This document shows positions 19,958 to 28,152 of a DNA stretch of 64,000 nt, one piece after another. The translations under genes were made by a program, and so were the position numbers. The first letter of the stretch is position 1. Each line of letters starts with the position of its first letter. The notes under the pieces are model-generated. The model saw only the letters and a program-made list of their open reading frames with translations, had not been told where the DNA came from and made no database searches. This DNA comes from Flavobacteriaceae bacterium (GTDB lineage Bacteria > Bacteroidota > Bacteroidia > Flavobacteriales > Flavobacteriaceae), in contig CAXXHF010000001.1 in assembly GCA_963669405.2 (NCBI GenBank), positions 194,493 through 258,492 on the forward strand. Reading direction: 5' to 3'.

Positions 19958-21267
19958 AGAGAGATGTTTTGTAAATCACTATTAAGTTCTTTTGATTTTT
20001 CTATTTCTAGTTTTAAATCTTTTCTTTTGTAGGTTCTTTTAATTACTTTATAAATAGCACTTACTGCTATCTGACTATCTATATCTTCTTTTAAAATTTT
20101 AAAGAACATTTTACTTAAATCAATACCATTTCTTAAATCAATTTCAGACATAATTACAACCTCCCATTTGAGTATCTTATCTTGTTGCTCAATTCTTTGT
20201 AAAAGACGTTGTTTATTTTTCTTAACTAGATCAATATTTTGAGTATAATTTTTCCTTTTTTTAGGCTTTGACGGAAAGAAATCTCTATCTTTTTCTACAA
20301 CTGTAAAATCTGGAGTGTCTATATGGATTACAGGAGTTAAAATGCCAATTGGAAACTCAATAACCTTTTGTGTATTTTGATATTTTATACTACTCTTATC
20401 TAAGAGATATCTTGTGAATTTCTGAATTTTTGAATTGAATTGAGGCTTGTTAAGTGTTGAAAATAGTTGTCGTATTTTTGGTTGGATACGTTCTAATTTT
20501 CTGTCAATAGAAGTTAATCGTTCATTCACATATTTTATAAAATAATGAACTTCAGAAATTAATATATTAACTTCATTATCCTCAATTTCCTTTTCCTCTA
20601 GTATTGTTCTTATTGTTTTAGTTTCTGTATATGCAGATCTAAGTTCTTTACTTTGTTCTTGTGCCTTGTCTAAATTTGTTTCAACACTTTTTAAGACTTC
20701 AATAAATTTCTTTCCAGAAAAATTAGCATCGCTTTTTAGTTGTTCTACAGAATTAAGGATTTGTTTTTCAAGAAAATCAATTTGCTCTCTTAAATCTGGT
20801 TCAAACCTTTTGTATTCGTCTTTTAGCCAATACTTCAAGTTTTCTTCTGAATCAATTGCTCTTAGCGATTTAGTTAAATTTGAGCATATACGCTTAATAC
20901 GAGTAGGGTCAAATGCTCCTTTTAAAGTAGTTTTCGCGTGTTCACAAAACTTATATGCATAATCTTTAAAAAAATACTTCTGTGACTCTTGATTATAATC
21001 TAGAAAGTACTCTTGAAGTTGTCCAATACTTTCACTAAAATCTTCCCACTGATATCTCTCCGATGGTTTGTTTATTGTTGCAAAAGCTTTATGTATATCT
21101 TTTTCTGTGAATTTTTGTTCTACAAAAGTTCCATCAATAACCTTTTCGTACAATAAAACTATCGCTAAGCCTACTTCTCTTTTTGGAAATAAGAGATTAT
21201 AGATTTTGGGTTGATTTATTTCTTTTATAAAACTAAATTCTAAATCTTGATTGTTTGTCAATTTCAA
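19927..21267 (-). CDS. JetA/MksF-like subunit (446 aa, TTG start)
   Basis: First gene of the module; helical/coiled-coil character. Assignment is positional. Confidence 0.62.
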   Translation of the reverse strand: MKLTNNQDLEFSFIKEINQPKIYNLLFPKREVGLAIVLLYEKVIDGTFVEQKFTEKDIHKAFATINKPSERYQWEDFSESIGQLQEYFLDYNQESQKYFFKDYAYKFCEHAKTTLKGAFDPTRIKRICSNLTKSLRAIDSEENLKYWLKDEYKRFEPDLREQIDFLEKQILNSVEQLKSDANFSGKKFIEVLKSVETNLDKAQEQSKELRSAYTETKTIRTILEEKEIEDNEVNILISEVHYFIKYVNERLTSIDRKLERIQPKIRQLFSTLNKPQFNSKIQKFTRYLLDKSSIKYQNTQKVIEFPIGILTPVIHIDTPDFTVVEKDRDFFPSKPKKRKNYTQNIDLVKKNKQRLLQRIEQQDKILKWEVVIMSEIDLRNGIDLSKMFFKILKEDIDSQIAVSAIYKVIKRTYKRKDLKLEIEKSKELNSDLQNISLWKMKIIKQQ

Positions 21268-21449
21268 TATTTTTAATTTTCATACATAAATAATTTTATC
21301 TTATAGTAAAAACTATAAAACAATTTTTTAACTTGAGATAATGCTTAGGGAAATTTATAACTCAAAATATAGAGCTTTAAATATAATGAATTTTAACAAG
21401 TATTTATTTGCAGTATTCCGTAATCAGGTGGAAGTAAGAAAGAATAATC

Positions 21450-21650
21450 CCATTCCATACACATTTTGCCTCCACTCCTCTGCCCTTTCTGCAAAAAGCG
21501 TATTCCATTACATTTTTAAAGAAACATTAAGGAAGAAAAAATCCAAGAAAATTGGGTTAAAGAACTTCGCTTTTGCCCAAGCAAAGTTACATAACGCGAG
21601 TACATTATAGTACAAATGTGTCTGTGTAGCCGTTTTGCGCAATTGTGCTT
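21450..21650. repeat. Diverged partial copy of repeat B
   Basis: gcaaagttacataacgcg...tatagtacaaatgtgtctgtgtagccgttttgc shared with 2560-2620 and 9555-9615. Confidence 0.85.
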
Positions 21651-21935
21651 GGTGGAAAGTGGAAAACGGTTATTCTTTACCATTTAATGACAAATACATT
21701 ACGGTATAATGAATTGAGAAAGTCTATGCCAACTGTAACTGAAAGAACGTTGAGTTTACAGCTTAAGGTACTGGAAGAAGATGGTTTAATTAAAAGAAAG
21801 GTTTATACTTCGAAACCACCTTTAAAGGTTGAATATTCTTTGACTGATTTTGGCAAAACTTTAATTCCGTTAATACAATCTATTGCTGATTGGGGAGATT
21901 TTGTTGTGGAAAAATATTCAGCTAAAACAGCATAG
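21645..21935 (+). pseudogene. HxlR-family HTH regulator, 5'-truncated
   Basis: Starts abruptly at GGKWKTVILYHL, directly fused to the repeat-B copy. Confidence 0.72.
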
Positions 21936-22004
21936 GAATTTGGTTTTAATCAAACCCCTATGCCTTTTTTCAGTTGTCTAACAAAATAGTTACAACAATT
22001 TTTT

Positions 22005-23306
22005 TTAGTAAGAACAATCATGTATTGCCTCATCAATGATAGATATACCAATATCTATTTCATCTTTACTTATAGTTAAAGGTGGCGCAATTCTAAACAC
22101 ACTTCCATATCCTTTCATTCTAACTATGTTCATGTTTAGACCTAATTCTAAACAACGACTACAGATTTGTTGTCCTAACTTATCGTCTGGTTCTTTAGTT
22201 TCTCTGTCTTTAACTATTTCCACACCCAATAACAATCCTTTTCCCCTAACATCTCCTATGCACTCGTGTCTTTCTTGTAACTTTAATAATTGATTTTTTA
22301 AATAAGCTCCATTTTCTATGGCTGCTCTAGCCAATTCTTGCTCATAAAGTATTTCGAAAGCGGCAACCCCGAATGAGGCACAAAAAGGATCTGAAACATG
22401 AGATGTAATATACACGAAGCCCTCTTTATGACATTCTTCTTCAATCTCTTTGCTTGTAACCATTGCTGCCAAAGGCATGCCTCCTCCTAGTGTTTTGGAG
22501 AGTGTTAAGAAATCCGGAACAACTTCATAATCCTCAAATGCAAAAGTCCTTCCAAGACGACCCAATGCAGTTTGCGCTTCATCAAAGATTAGTAATAAGC
22601 CTCTCTCATCACAAAGTTCTTTTAGCCGTTTAACATAGCTTGGTTTTAATTCAATCATACCAGCAGCACTCAATAAGGGTTCAGCTATTAATGCGGCATA
22701 CTCACCTACAGATTGCTGATCTACCATTTGCATTCCAACTTCCAAGCAAGTATGGTCACAAGTTCCTTTGCAATGCGCAATTGGACATCGGTATTCATAT
22801 GGAGCTGGAATCATTAAACTACCAGGTATTGGCGGTCCATAGCCTTTCCTTGTTTTAGAATAGGTATAGGACTGCGCACCAGCTGTCATACCATGCCATG
22901 AACCAGACAATCCAATAATCTCAAACCCACCAGTAACTAATTTGGCCATTCTAATGGCAACTTCATTAGACTCTGAGCCTGTATTAAGAAATATACATTT
23001 AGACAAACTTTCTGGTAGTTCACTGGATAATCTTTTGGAAAGATTAATCACTGGAGGCGATAACATAGAGCTCAGCAAATGAATAGCTTCTTTGCCCGCA
23101 TTCTCTAATATTTCCACAAATTTTGGGTGGTTATGCCCAAAAACAGAACACATTTGCCCCGATGTAAAGTCAAGAATAGCATTCCCTTTTTTGTCATAAA
23201 TATAGCTTCCAAAAGCTTTCTCAATTACCAATGGTGAAAACTCTCCGCAATAACGTATTAATGTGTTTTGGGATTCTTTTACTTCCTGAGGATCTAATTC
23301 TTGCAT
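22005..23306 (-). CDS. dgdA: Class III PLP enzyme, 2,2-dialkylglycine decarboxylase-like
   Basis: DFTSGQM, SWHGMT, DEAQT, LTLSKTLGGG, THVSDP, LNMNIV...VFRIAPPLT. Confidence 0.82.
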   Translation of the reverse strand: MQELDPQEVKESQNTLIRYCGEFSPLVIEKAFGSYIYDKKGNAILDFTSGQMCSVFGHNHPKFVEILENAGKEAIHLLSSMLSPPVINLSKRLSSELPESLSKCIFLNTGSESNEVAIRMAKLVTGGFEIIGLSGSWHGMTAGAQSYTYSKTRKGYGPPIPGSLMIPAPYEYRCPIAHCKGTCDHTCLEVGMQMVDQQSVGEYAALIAEPLLSAAGMIELKPSYVKRLKELCDERGLLLIFDEAQTALGRLGRTFAFEDYEVVPDFLTLSKTLGGGMPLAAMVTSKEIEEECHKEGFVYITSHVSDPFCASFGVAAFEILYEQELARAAIENGAYLKNQLLKLQERHECIGDVRGKGLLLGVEIVKDRETKEPDDKLGQQICSRCLELGLNMNIVRMKGYGSVFRIAPPLTISKDEIDIGISIIDEAIHDCSY

Positions 23307-23364
23307 GATTTTAATTTTCTATGCAAGTTCAGGTATTCATGTATCTAAAAATTGTAAAATTCTA

Positions 23365-24093
23365 TCATCCTTTAACGATATCCGCATATCGTTTTGGGAT
23401 CATACCAACATTAATTTTGAAATATTTATTGAAATGACTTTGATCAAAAAAACCAGTGTCATAGGCAATGTCTGTAAATGAATTTCTAATTTTAATAAGC
23501 TCCTTTGCCTTTTCTATACGTAGATTTTGTAGATAACGTGTTGGCGAAATTCCTATGTTTGATTTAAAAATACGCTGAAAATGACTTTCACTTAAGTGTG
23601 TGATGTCTGATAGCTCTTCTATTGATATTTTTCTATGAAAATTATCTTCGATATGAACTAAAGCTTTCTTTAAAATAACTTTAGAAGTAGATAGGGTTCC
23701 ATCTTCGTTCGCTAAAAATTGTTCAAATATCCTAGAAACTTTGTGCTTCCCATTGGTGTTTGCTCTAATCGCTTCAAACCATTGATCGTATTGTTCTTTG
23801 TATAAAGCGTTGCTTTTTATGATCGTTAAGCCAAGTTTATTATTATCCAAACCAGCAAATGAATGCAATTTAGGAACTCTTATTACCTTATAGTGAAAAA
23901 AGGTTTCTATTAGTGTTTGATGCGACACATAAGGCGGTATGATTACTAAATCACCTTGTTCCAATTTATATACTGATCTATTGCTAAGAAGGCAAGCACC
24001 ACCATCTATTATATAGGAAAAGGTATACCTGTCCGGATGTAAATGCATCGGAAAGTAATGAGGCCTATCGTAATATATAGTTGCGCATTCCAT
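23365..24093 (-). CDS. AraC family regulator (cupin + HTH)
   Basis: FPMHLH cupin; IAYDTGFFDQSHFNKYFK. Confidence 0.92.
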   Translation of the reverse strand: MECATIYYDRPHYFPMHLHPDRYTFSYIIDGGACLLSNRSVYKLEQGDLVIIPPYVSHQTLIETFFHYKVIRVPKLHSFAGLDNNKLGLTIIKSNALYKEQYDQWFEAIRANTNGKHKVSRIFEQFLANEDGTLSTSKVILKKALVHIEDNFHRKISIEELSDITHLSESHFQRIFKSNIGISPTRYLQNLRIEKAKELIKIRNSFTDIAYDTGFFDQSHFNKYFKINVGMIPKRYADIVKG

Positions 24094-24226
24094 ATAAGAA
24101 AGTATTCACTCAAAATTAAAGAAATTTTTATAACACATTGTAGAAGAAGTACTTTAGAATAGATTTTTTCGAAGAAATTTACGTTATGTTACATTTTTGA
24201 TATGGGATGATTCAATATTAAAACAA

Positions 24227-25084
24227 CTAGTCTATTTTCTCTAATAGTTTTGGGGCTTCTTTGTTGGAGAAATCTATCCAAGGATTCTTTCCCATCCACT
24301 TATCCAATGTAACACTAGGGTCTTCATAGCGCATTACAAATTTTTCAGGTCCATGAGCAAATGCAACTACTAATCCGTATTCAGCATCTAAAAAACCACC
24401 ATGTGGTCCTAATCCCGGGTAGCTTATTCTCCAGCCTAAACCATCAATTTTCACATGACCTAAAGTTAGTTTACCAACAACATTATCTGGTAATACAAAA
24501 AACCATGTCCAAGGACCTCCTGAAACAATTGTCATTACTTCATCTATACCCATTCCGCTATCAGTACTGTTAACATGTAATTTTCCAAATTTGTCTTGAA
24601 GAAAAACCGTTACTTCCGATGATAAGGCTTTCATATCATATACTTTAGGGTACGGAGCCATATTATCTTCGCCAGTAGTTAGTGAACCTCCATTTTCTGC
24701 AACTGGTTTTCTACCTGCTTTTTCTATTTGATGAAGTAAAGCGTCTCTATCTAAATGAAAGGCATCAATCAAATTATTAGCCTCTTCTTCATTTAATGCT
24801 CTTGTTTTTGATGTTTCTAGAATTGGTTTTGCCTTTTCTGGCAATTCTACGGTGCTTACTCGAACACCAACTGAACGCAATACTGTATTAATATCTGCTA
24901 TACCGACTGCTTCTTCTCTACCATCACTAAATGATAATTTGATATCTTCTTTAATTTCTTTTTGGGAAGTTACTTTAGTCTTTACGGTAGATTTTTCTTT
25001 TTTACTATTAGAACATCCTGGTGTTAAAAATAACAACGTGAAAAAAAAGCTACATAGTGAAACTGCTGCTAATCTTGTTTTCAT
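24227..25084 (-). CDS. Lipoprotein with a putative metal-binding cupin domain
   Basis: Lipobox LTPGC; LHVN...DEV...PHGG motif. Confidence 0.65.
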   Translation of the reverse strand: MKTRLAAVSLCSFFFTLLFLTPGCSNSKKEKSTVKTKVTSQKEIKEDIKLSFSDGREEAVGIADINTVLRSVGVRVSTVELPEKAKPILETSKTRALNEEEANNLIDAFHLDRDALLHQIEKAGRKPVAENGGSLTTGEDNMAPYPKVYDMKALSSEVTVFLQDKFGKLHVNSTDSGMGIDEVMTIVSGGPWTWFFVLPDNVVGKLTLGHVKIDGLGWRISYPGLGPHGGFLDAEYGLVVAFAHGPEKFVMRYEDPSVTLDKWMGKNPWIDFSNKEAPKLLEKID

Positions 25085-25160
25085 TTTATTCGTTTTTAAT
25101 TACACCACAAAGGTTAAACTTAATTGAGGTAAAAAAATTAAGATACCTTAAGAAAACTAA

Positions 25161-25751
25161 TTAGCGTAAATTGCTTCGGATAGTACTTAAATGCTCTGGG
25201 CTAATGCCTAAGTATGACGCCACCATATACTGAGGTACATTTTGTTCTATATCCCTGTATTTTTTAATAAAGCTTAGATAACGAGATTCGGCTGTTTCAC
25301 TCATCGATTTTACTGTACGATTTAAATTAGCTACATAAGCTCTTTCCATTTTAATTCTAAAAAAACGTTCTATTGCTGGTATTTTATTAAAAAGATTATC
25401 TAAATCATCTCTATGGACTTGTAAAATAGTGCTTGGTTGAAGCGCCTGAATATAATATTGAGCTATGGTTTTAGTCAAATAACTATACAGATCATTAATC
25501 CACCAACCTTTTATTCCAAATTGCACAGTATATTCTTGCCCAGATTCATTAATATAATAAGACCTAAGGCAACCATCAGAAATAAAGCGCATATAGTTAG
25601 ATACTTCATCAGTATGCAAGAGAATTTCTTTTTTAGTTAACTCTTTAGGCTTAAATGCATCAATAATTAATGGTATATCCTTTTCAGAAATAGCAACTAG
25701 TTCTTTGATGTTTTCAATTAAAGGAATATGTATATCTTCGTTTGCTATCAT
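25161..25751 (-). CDS. Crp/Fnr family regulator
   Basis: GCLRSYYINESG; VPQYMVASYLGISPEHLS. Confidence 0.92.
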   Translation of the reverse strand: MIANEDIHIPLIENIKELVAISEKDIPLIIDAFKPKELTKKEILLHTDEVSNYMRFISDGCLRSYYINESGQEYTVQFGIKGWWINDLYSYLTKTIAQYYIQALQPSTILQVHRDDLDNLFNKIPAIERFFRIKMERAYVANLNRTVKSMSETAESRYLSFIKKYRDIEQNVPQYMVASYLGISPEHLSTIRSNLR

Positions 25752-26024
25752 AAGTACACAAGTTAAGCAGACTAAATATAAGGAACTAACCAGTAAAGAA
25801 ATAGGTGCTCGCGAACCCTTCGGGTTTCATTAAAATCGTAAACAAACTTCTGGAAATCAATTTTTCAAGAAACTGTAGTCTAAACTTTCGCTTTTATCCA
25901 AAACTCAAGTTGCAAAACACAAGGATATTATATAAAATATCCCAGGAAGTCTCGTAGGGACACAATAAGCCTTAGTATTTGCTCATTAAAGTTCTATGAG
26001 GCCGAAAATGAAACTACCATATGG

Positions 26025-26456
26025 TTATTCACTGATTACGGTATAAAGTGACGGATTAGCTTTAAGCCCTTCTGTAGGTGGAACTCCTAATTCATTTGCC
26101 ATTTTCTGACTTGCCTCCGTAAATGCTTTTGGGCTTTCCCACACCGCAACATTTATTAATTCAAATTTTGCTCCTCCATTTATTGATTTGTGCAATTTTG
26201 TAGAAATATAACCTGGCTGTTTCTTGAGAAAGTCCCTGCAAGCTTCCCAATAAGCAACTGATTCTTCCAATTTACCTTCTGGCACTTCAAATGGATTTAT
26301 AAGGATGATATGTTCTGAATTACTAGTTTCCATATAAGATTTGTTTTTAGATTTTTCTTCATCATTACATGAGGTTATGCCTATCAGTAAAACTGTTACT
26401 AAAACTATTCTTGAGGTCTTCAATAGAATTACTTCTAATTTTTTAGATGTATTCAT
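26025..26456 (-). CDS. Antibiotic biosynthesis monooxygenase-family lipoprotein
   Basis: Lipobox ITSC; LINPFEV...QPGYISTKLH...INVAVWES. Confidence 0.82.
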   Translation of the reverse strand: MNTSKKLEVILLKTSRIVLVTVLLIGITSCNDEEKSKNKSYMETSNSEHIILINPFEVPEGKLEESVAYWEACRDFLKKQPGYISTKLHKSINGGAKFELINVAVWESPKAFTEASQKMANELGVPPTEGLKANPSLYTVISE

Positions 26457-26466
26457 AATTTCATTT

Positions 26467-27000
26467 TTAAGACATTCTTTTTAAAGTGTTTTCTTTTGTC
26501 AACATATAATGTTTTATCACACCCAAGACGTGTAATACCAATAATACGATCATAATAGTGGCTAATAATCCATGAGCTTTAAGGGGGGCAATATTTTCCT
26601 TTGATAGCATTAAATCTGAATCTCCAGATTTTATTGCATCTACATAACCACCAGTAAACATTGTTGCTAATCCAGCTATTGAAATTCCAATCAATAAAAA
26701 ATAAAAAGCATTATGGATCCAAACAGCTAATGTATCATTGAATTTAGACCCAGTTTTCAAATCTTCTGGTCGTTTAGATTTAAAAAACAAATAGCTTCTA
26801 ACTAGGGTTAATAAGAAAACAATAATTCCCAATAGAGCATGGAGCTTGATGAAACCCATTTTTTCTGATAAAGGAAGCCCACTCATATATTTTCCTAAAG
26901 GAAACAAGGTTAAAATTAGAACGGCTGTAAACCAATGTATTATAATGTTTCCTTTACTATATTTTTGGGTTAAGTCATTATTTATGTCTTTTTTAATCAT
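26467..27000 (-). CDS. Cytochrome b561/b-family membrane protein
   Basis: IHWFTA, LHALLG, IHNAFY, AHGLLA, LHVLGVIKH heme-ligand pattern. Confidence 0.88.
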   Translation of the reverse strand: MIKKDINNDLTQKYSKGNIIIHWFTAVLILTLFPLGKYMSGLPLSEKMGFIKLHALLGIIVFLLTLVRSYLFFKSKRPEDLKTGSKFNDTLAVWIHNAFYFLLIGISIAGLATMFTGGYVDAIKSGDSDLMLSKENIAPLKAHGLLATIMIVLLVLHVLGVIKHYMLTKENTLKRMS

Positions 27001-27056
27001 AGTCTCTGTGATAATTGTATAACAATATTTGTCATAACAAATATATGATAAAAAAA

Positions 27057-27506
27057 TTATTTGACGAGATTGTCCATTAGTTTTTTTAAGGTGTTGTTCA
27101 GTAATTGTACATCATCATCACTTAAACCTACAGTGGCTTTATTTAAAACTTCAATCGCTAGTGGTTCAACTGAATTACGTATTTCTGTACCTTTTTTAGT
27201 GATTGATATTTTCCAAGCTCTTCTATCATTAGAATCTGGTTGTCGAACTACTAAACCTTTACTTTCAAGTTTATCGACTATTCGAGTAATATTAGCATTA
27301 TCTTTAAAAGTAAGCTTGGCTACTTCATTTTGTGTTAAACCAGATTTTTCATTTAGTCTATTTAAAATGGCCCACTGTTCAGGTGTAACATCAATAGTAT
27401 TACTCTTGATGGCTGAATTGAACTCCCTCTTTAATAATAGCGCTGTCATATTGATTAAATACCCCGCGGATTTGTCTAAAAATGATTCCATTTTATTATT
27501 TGTCAT
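27057..27506 (-). CDS. MarR family regulator
   Basis: VTPEQWAIL...DNANITRIVDKLE...DRRAWKISIT. Confidence 0.93.
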   Translation of the reverse strand: MTNNKMESFLDKSAGYLINMTALLLKREFNSAIKSNTIDVTPEQWAILNRLNEKSGLTQNEVAKLTFKDNANITRIVDKLESKGLVVRQPDSNDRRAWKISITKKGTEIRNSVEPLAIEVLNKATVGLSDDDVQLLNNTLKKLMDNLVK

Positions 27507-27529
27507 GTAATCTAATTACATGACAAATA
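27497..27529. promoter_or_regulatory. Perfect 15-bp inverted repeat over the MarR start (likely operator)
   Basis: TATTTGTCATGTAAT-cta-ATTACATGACAAATA; related ATATTTGT-cata-ACAAATAT at 27025-27044. Confidence 0.72.
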
Positions 27530-27641
27530 TATAACCTATTCTAAATATTTATGCACTATTAGGATAACTATTATTCCACATACACTCCCACTACGCTCCT
27601 ACTCCATCATTTGAGTGAATTCCACTAGCAGTTGTAAAAAT

Positions 27642-27673
27642 AAAAAGCCCGTCGGTTAGGACGGGCTCTTTTT
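27642..27673. terminator. Intrinsic terminator
   Basis: AAAAAGCCCGTC-ggttag-GACGGGCTCTTTTT downstream of the cold-shock gene. Confidence 0.8.
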
Positions 27674-27693
27674 GAAACTTAAAGAATATATAT

Positions 27694-27885
27694 TTAGATC
27701 ACTTTTACGTTTACTGCATTTAATCCTTTTTTTCCTTCTTGAAGATCAAATGTTACTTCATCTCCTTCTCTAATCTCATCGATTAGTCCAGAAATGTGTA
27801 CGAAATGATCCTTTTCAACTCCTTCTTCAGTGATGAATCCAAAACCTTTGGTGTCGTTGAAAAATTTTACTGTTCCTTTACTCAT
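27694..27885 (-). CDS. Cold-shock protein
   Basis: KGFGFI and FVHIS RNP motifs; 55/63 identical to 39417-39608. Confidence 0.95.
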   Translation of the reverse strand: MSKGTVKFFNDTKGFGFITEEGVEKDHFVHISGLIDEIREGDEVTFDLQEGKKGLNAVNVKVI

Positions 27886-28152
27886 TGTAATGTAATTTAT
27901 TAATACTTGTTACTAGGCAAAGATAGTGCCAATAAATTATAATACAACTAATTAGCGTACATGATTTATTTTACCCATGCTTTCCAACCCATCTCTACAT
28001 CTAAATTTGCACTGACAAATCACTGATAATTACAAATTAAAAGGTAGATAAACATCTCTCATACTAATGAATATGAGCCTATTCCGAAAATTGTGATTCT
28101 AAAAACTTACGGGGCATATTATAAACCTTTGGATTGGCTTCAGAGTTTTATC

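Noticed and set aside
21341-21610. 89-aa ORF
   Set aside because: Reads through the repeat-B copy; not coding-like
27920-28150. Possible att site / island end
   Set aside because: No matching direct repeat, tRNA or integrase found in the window
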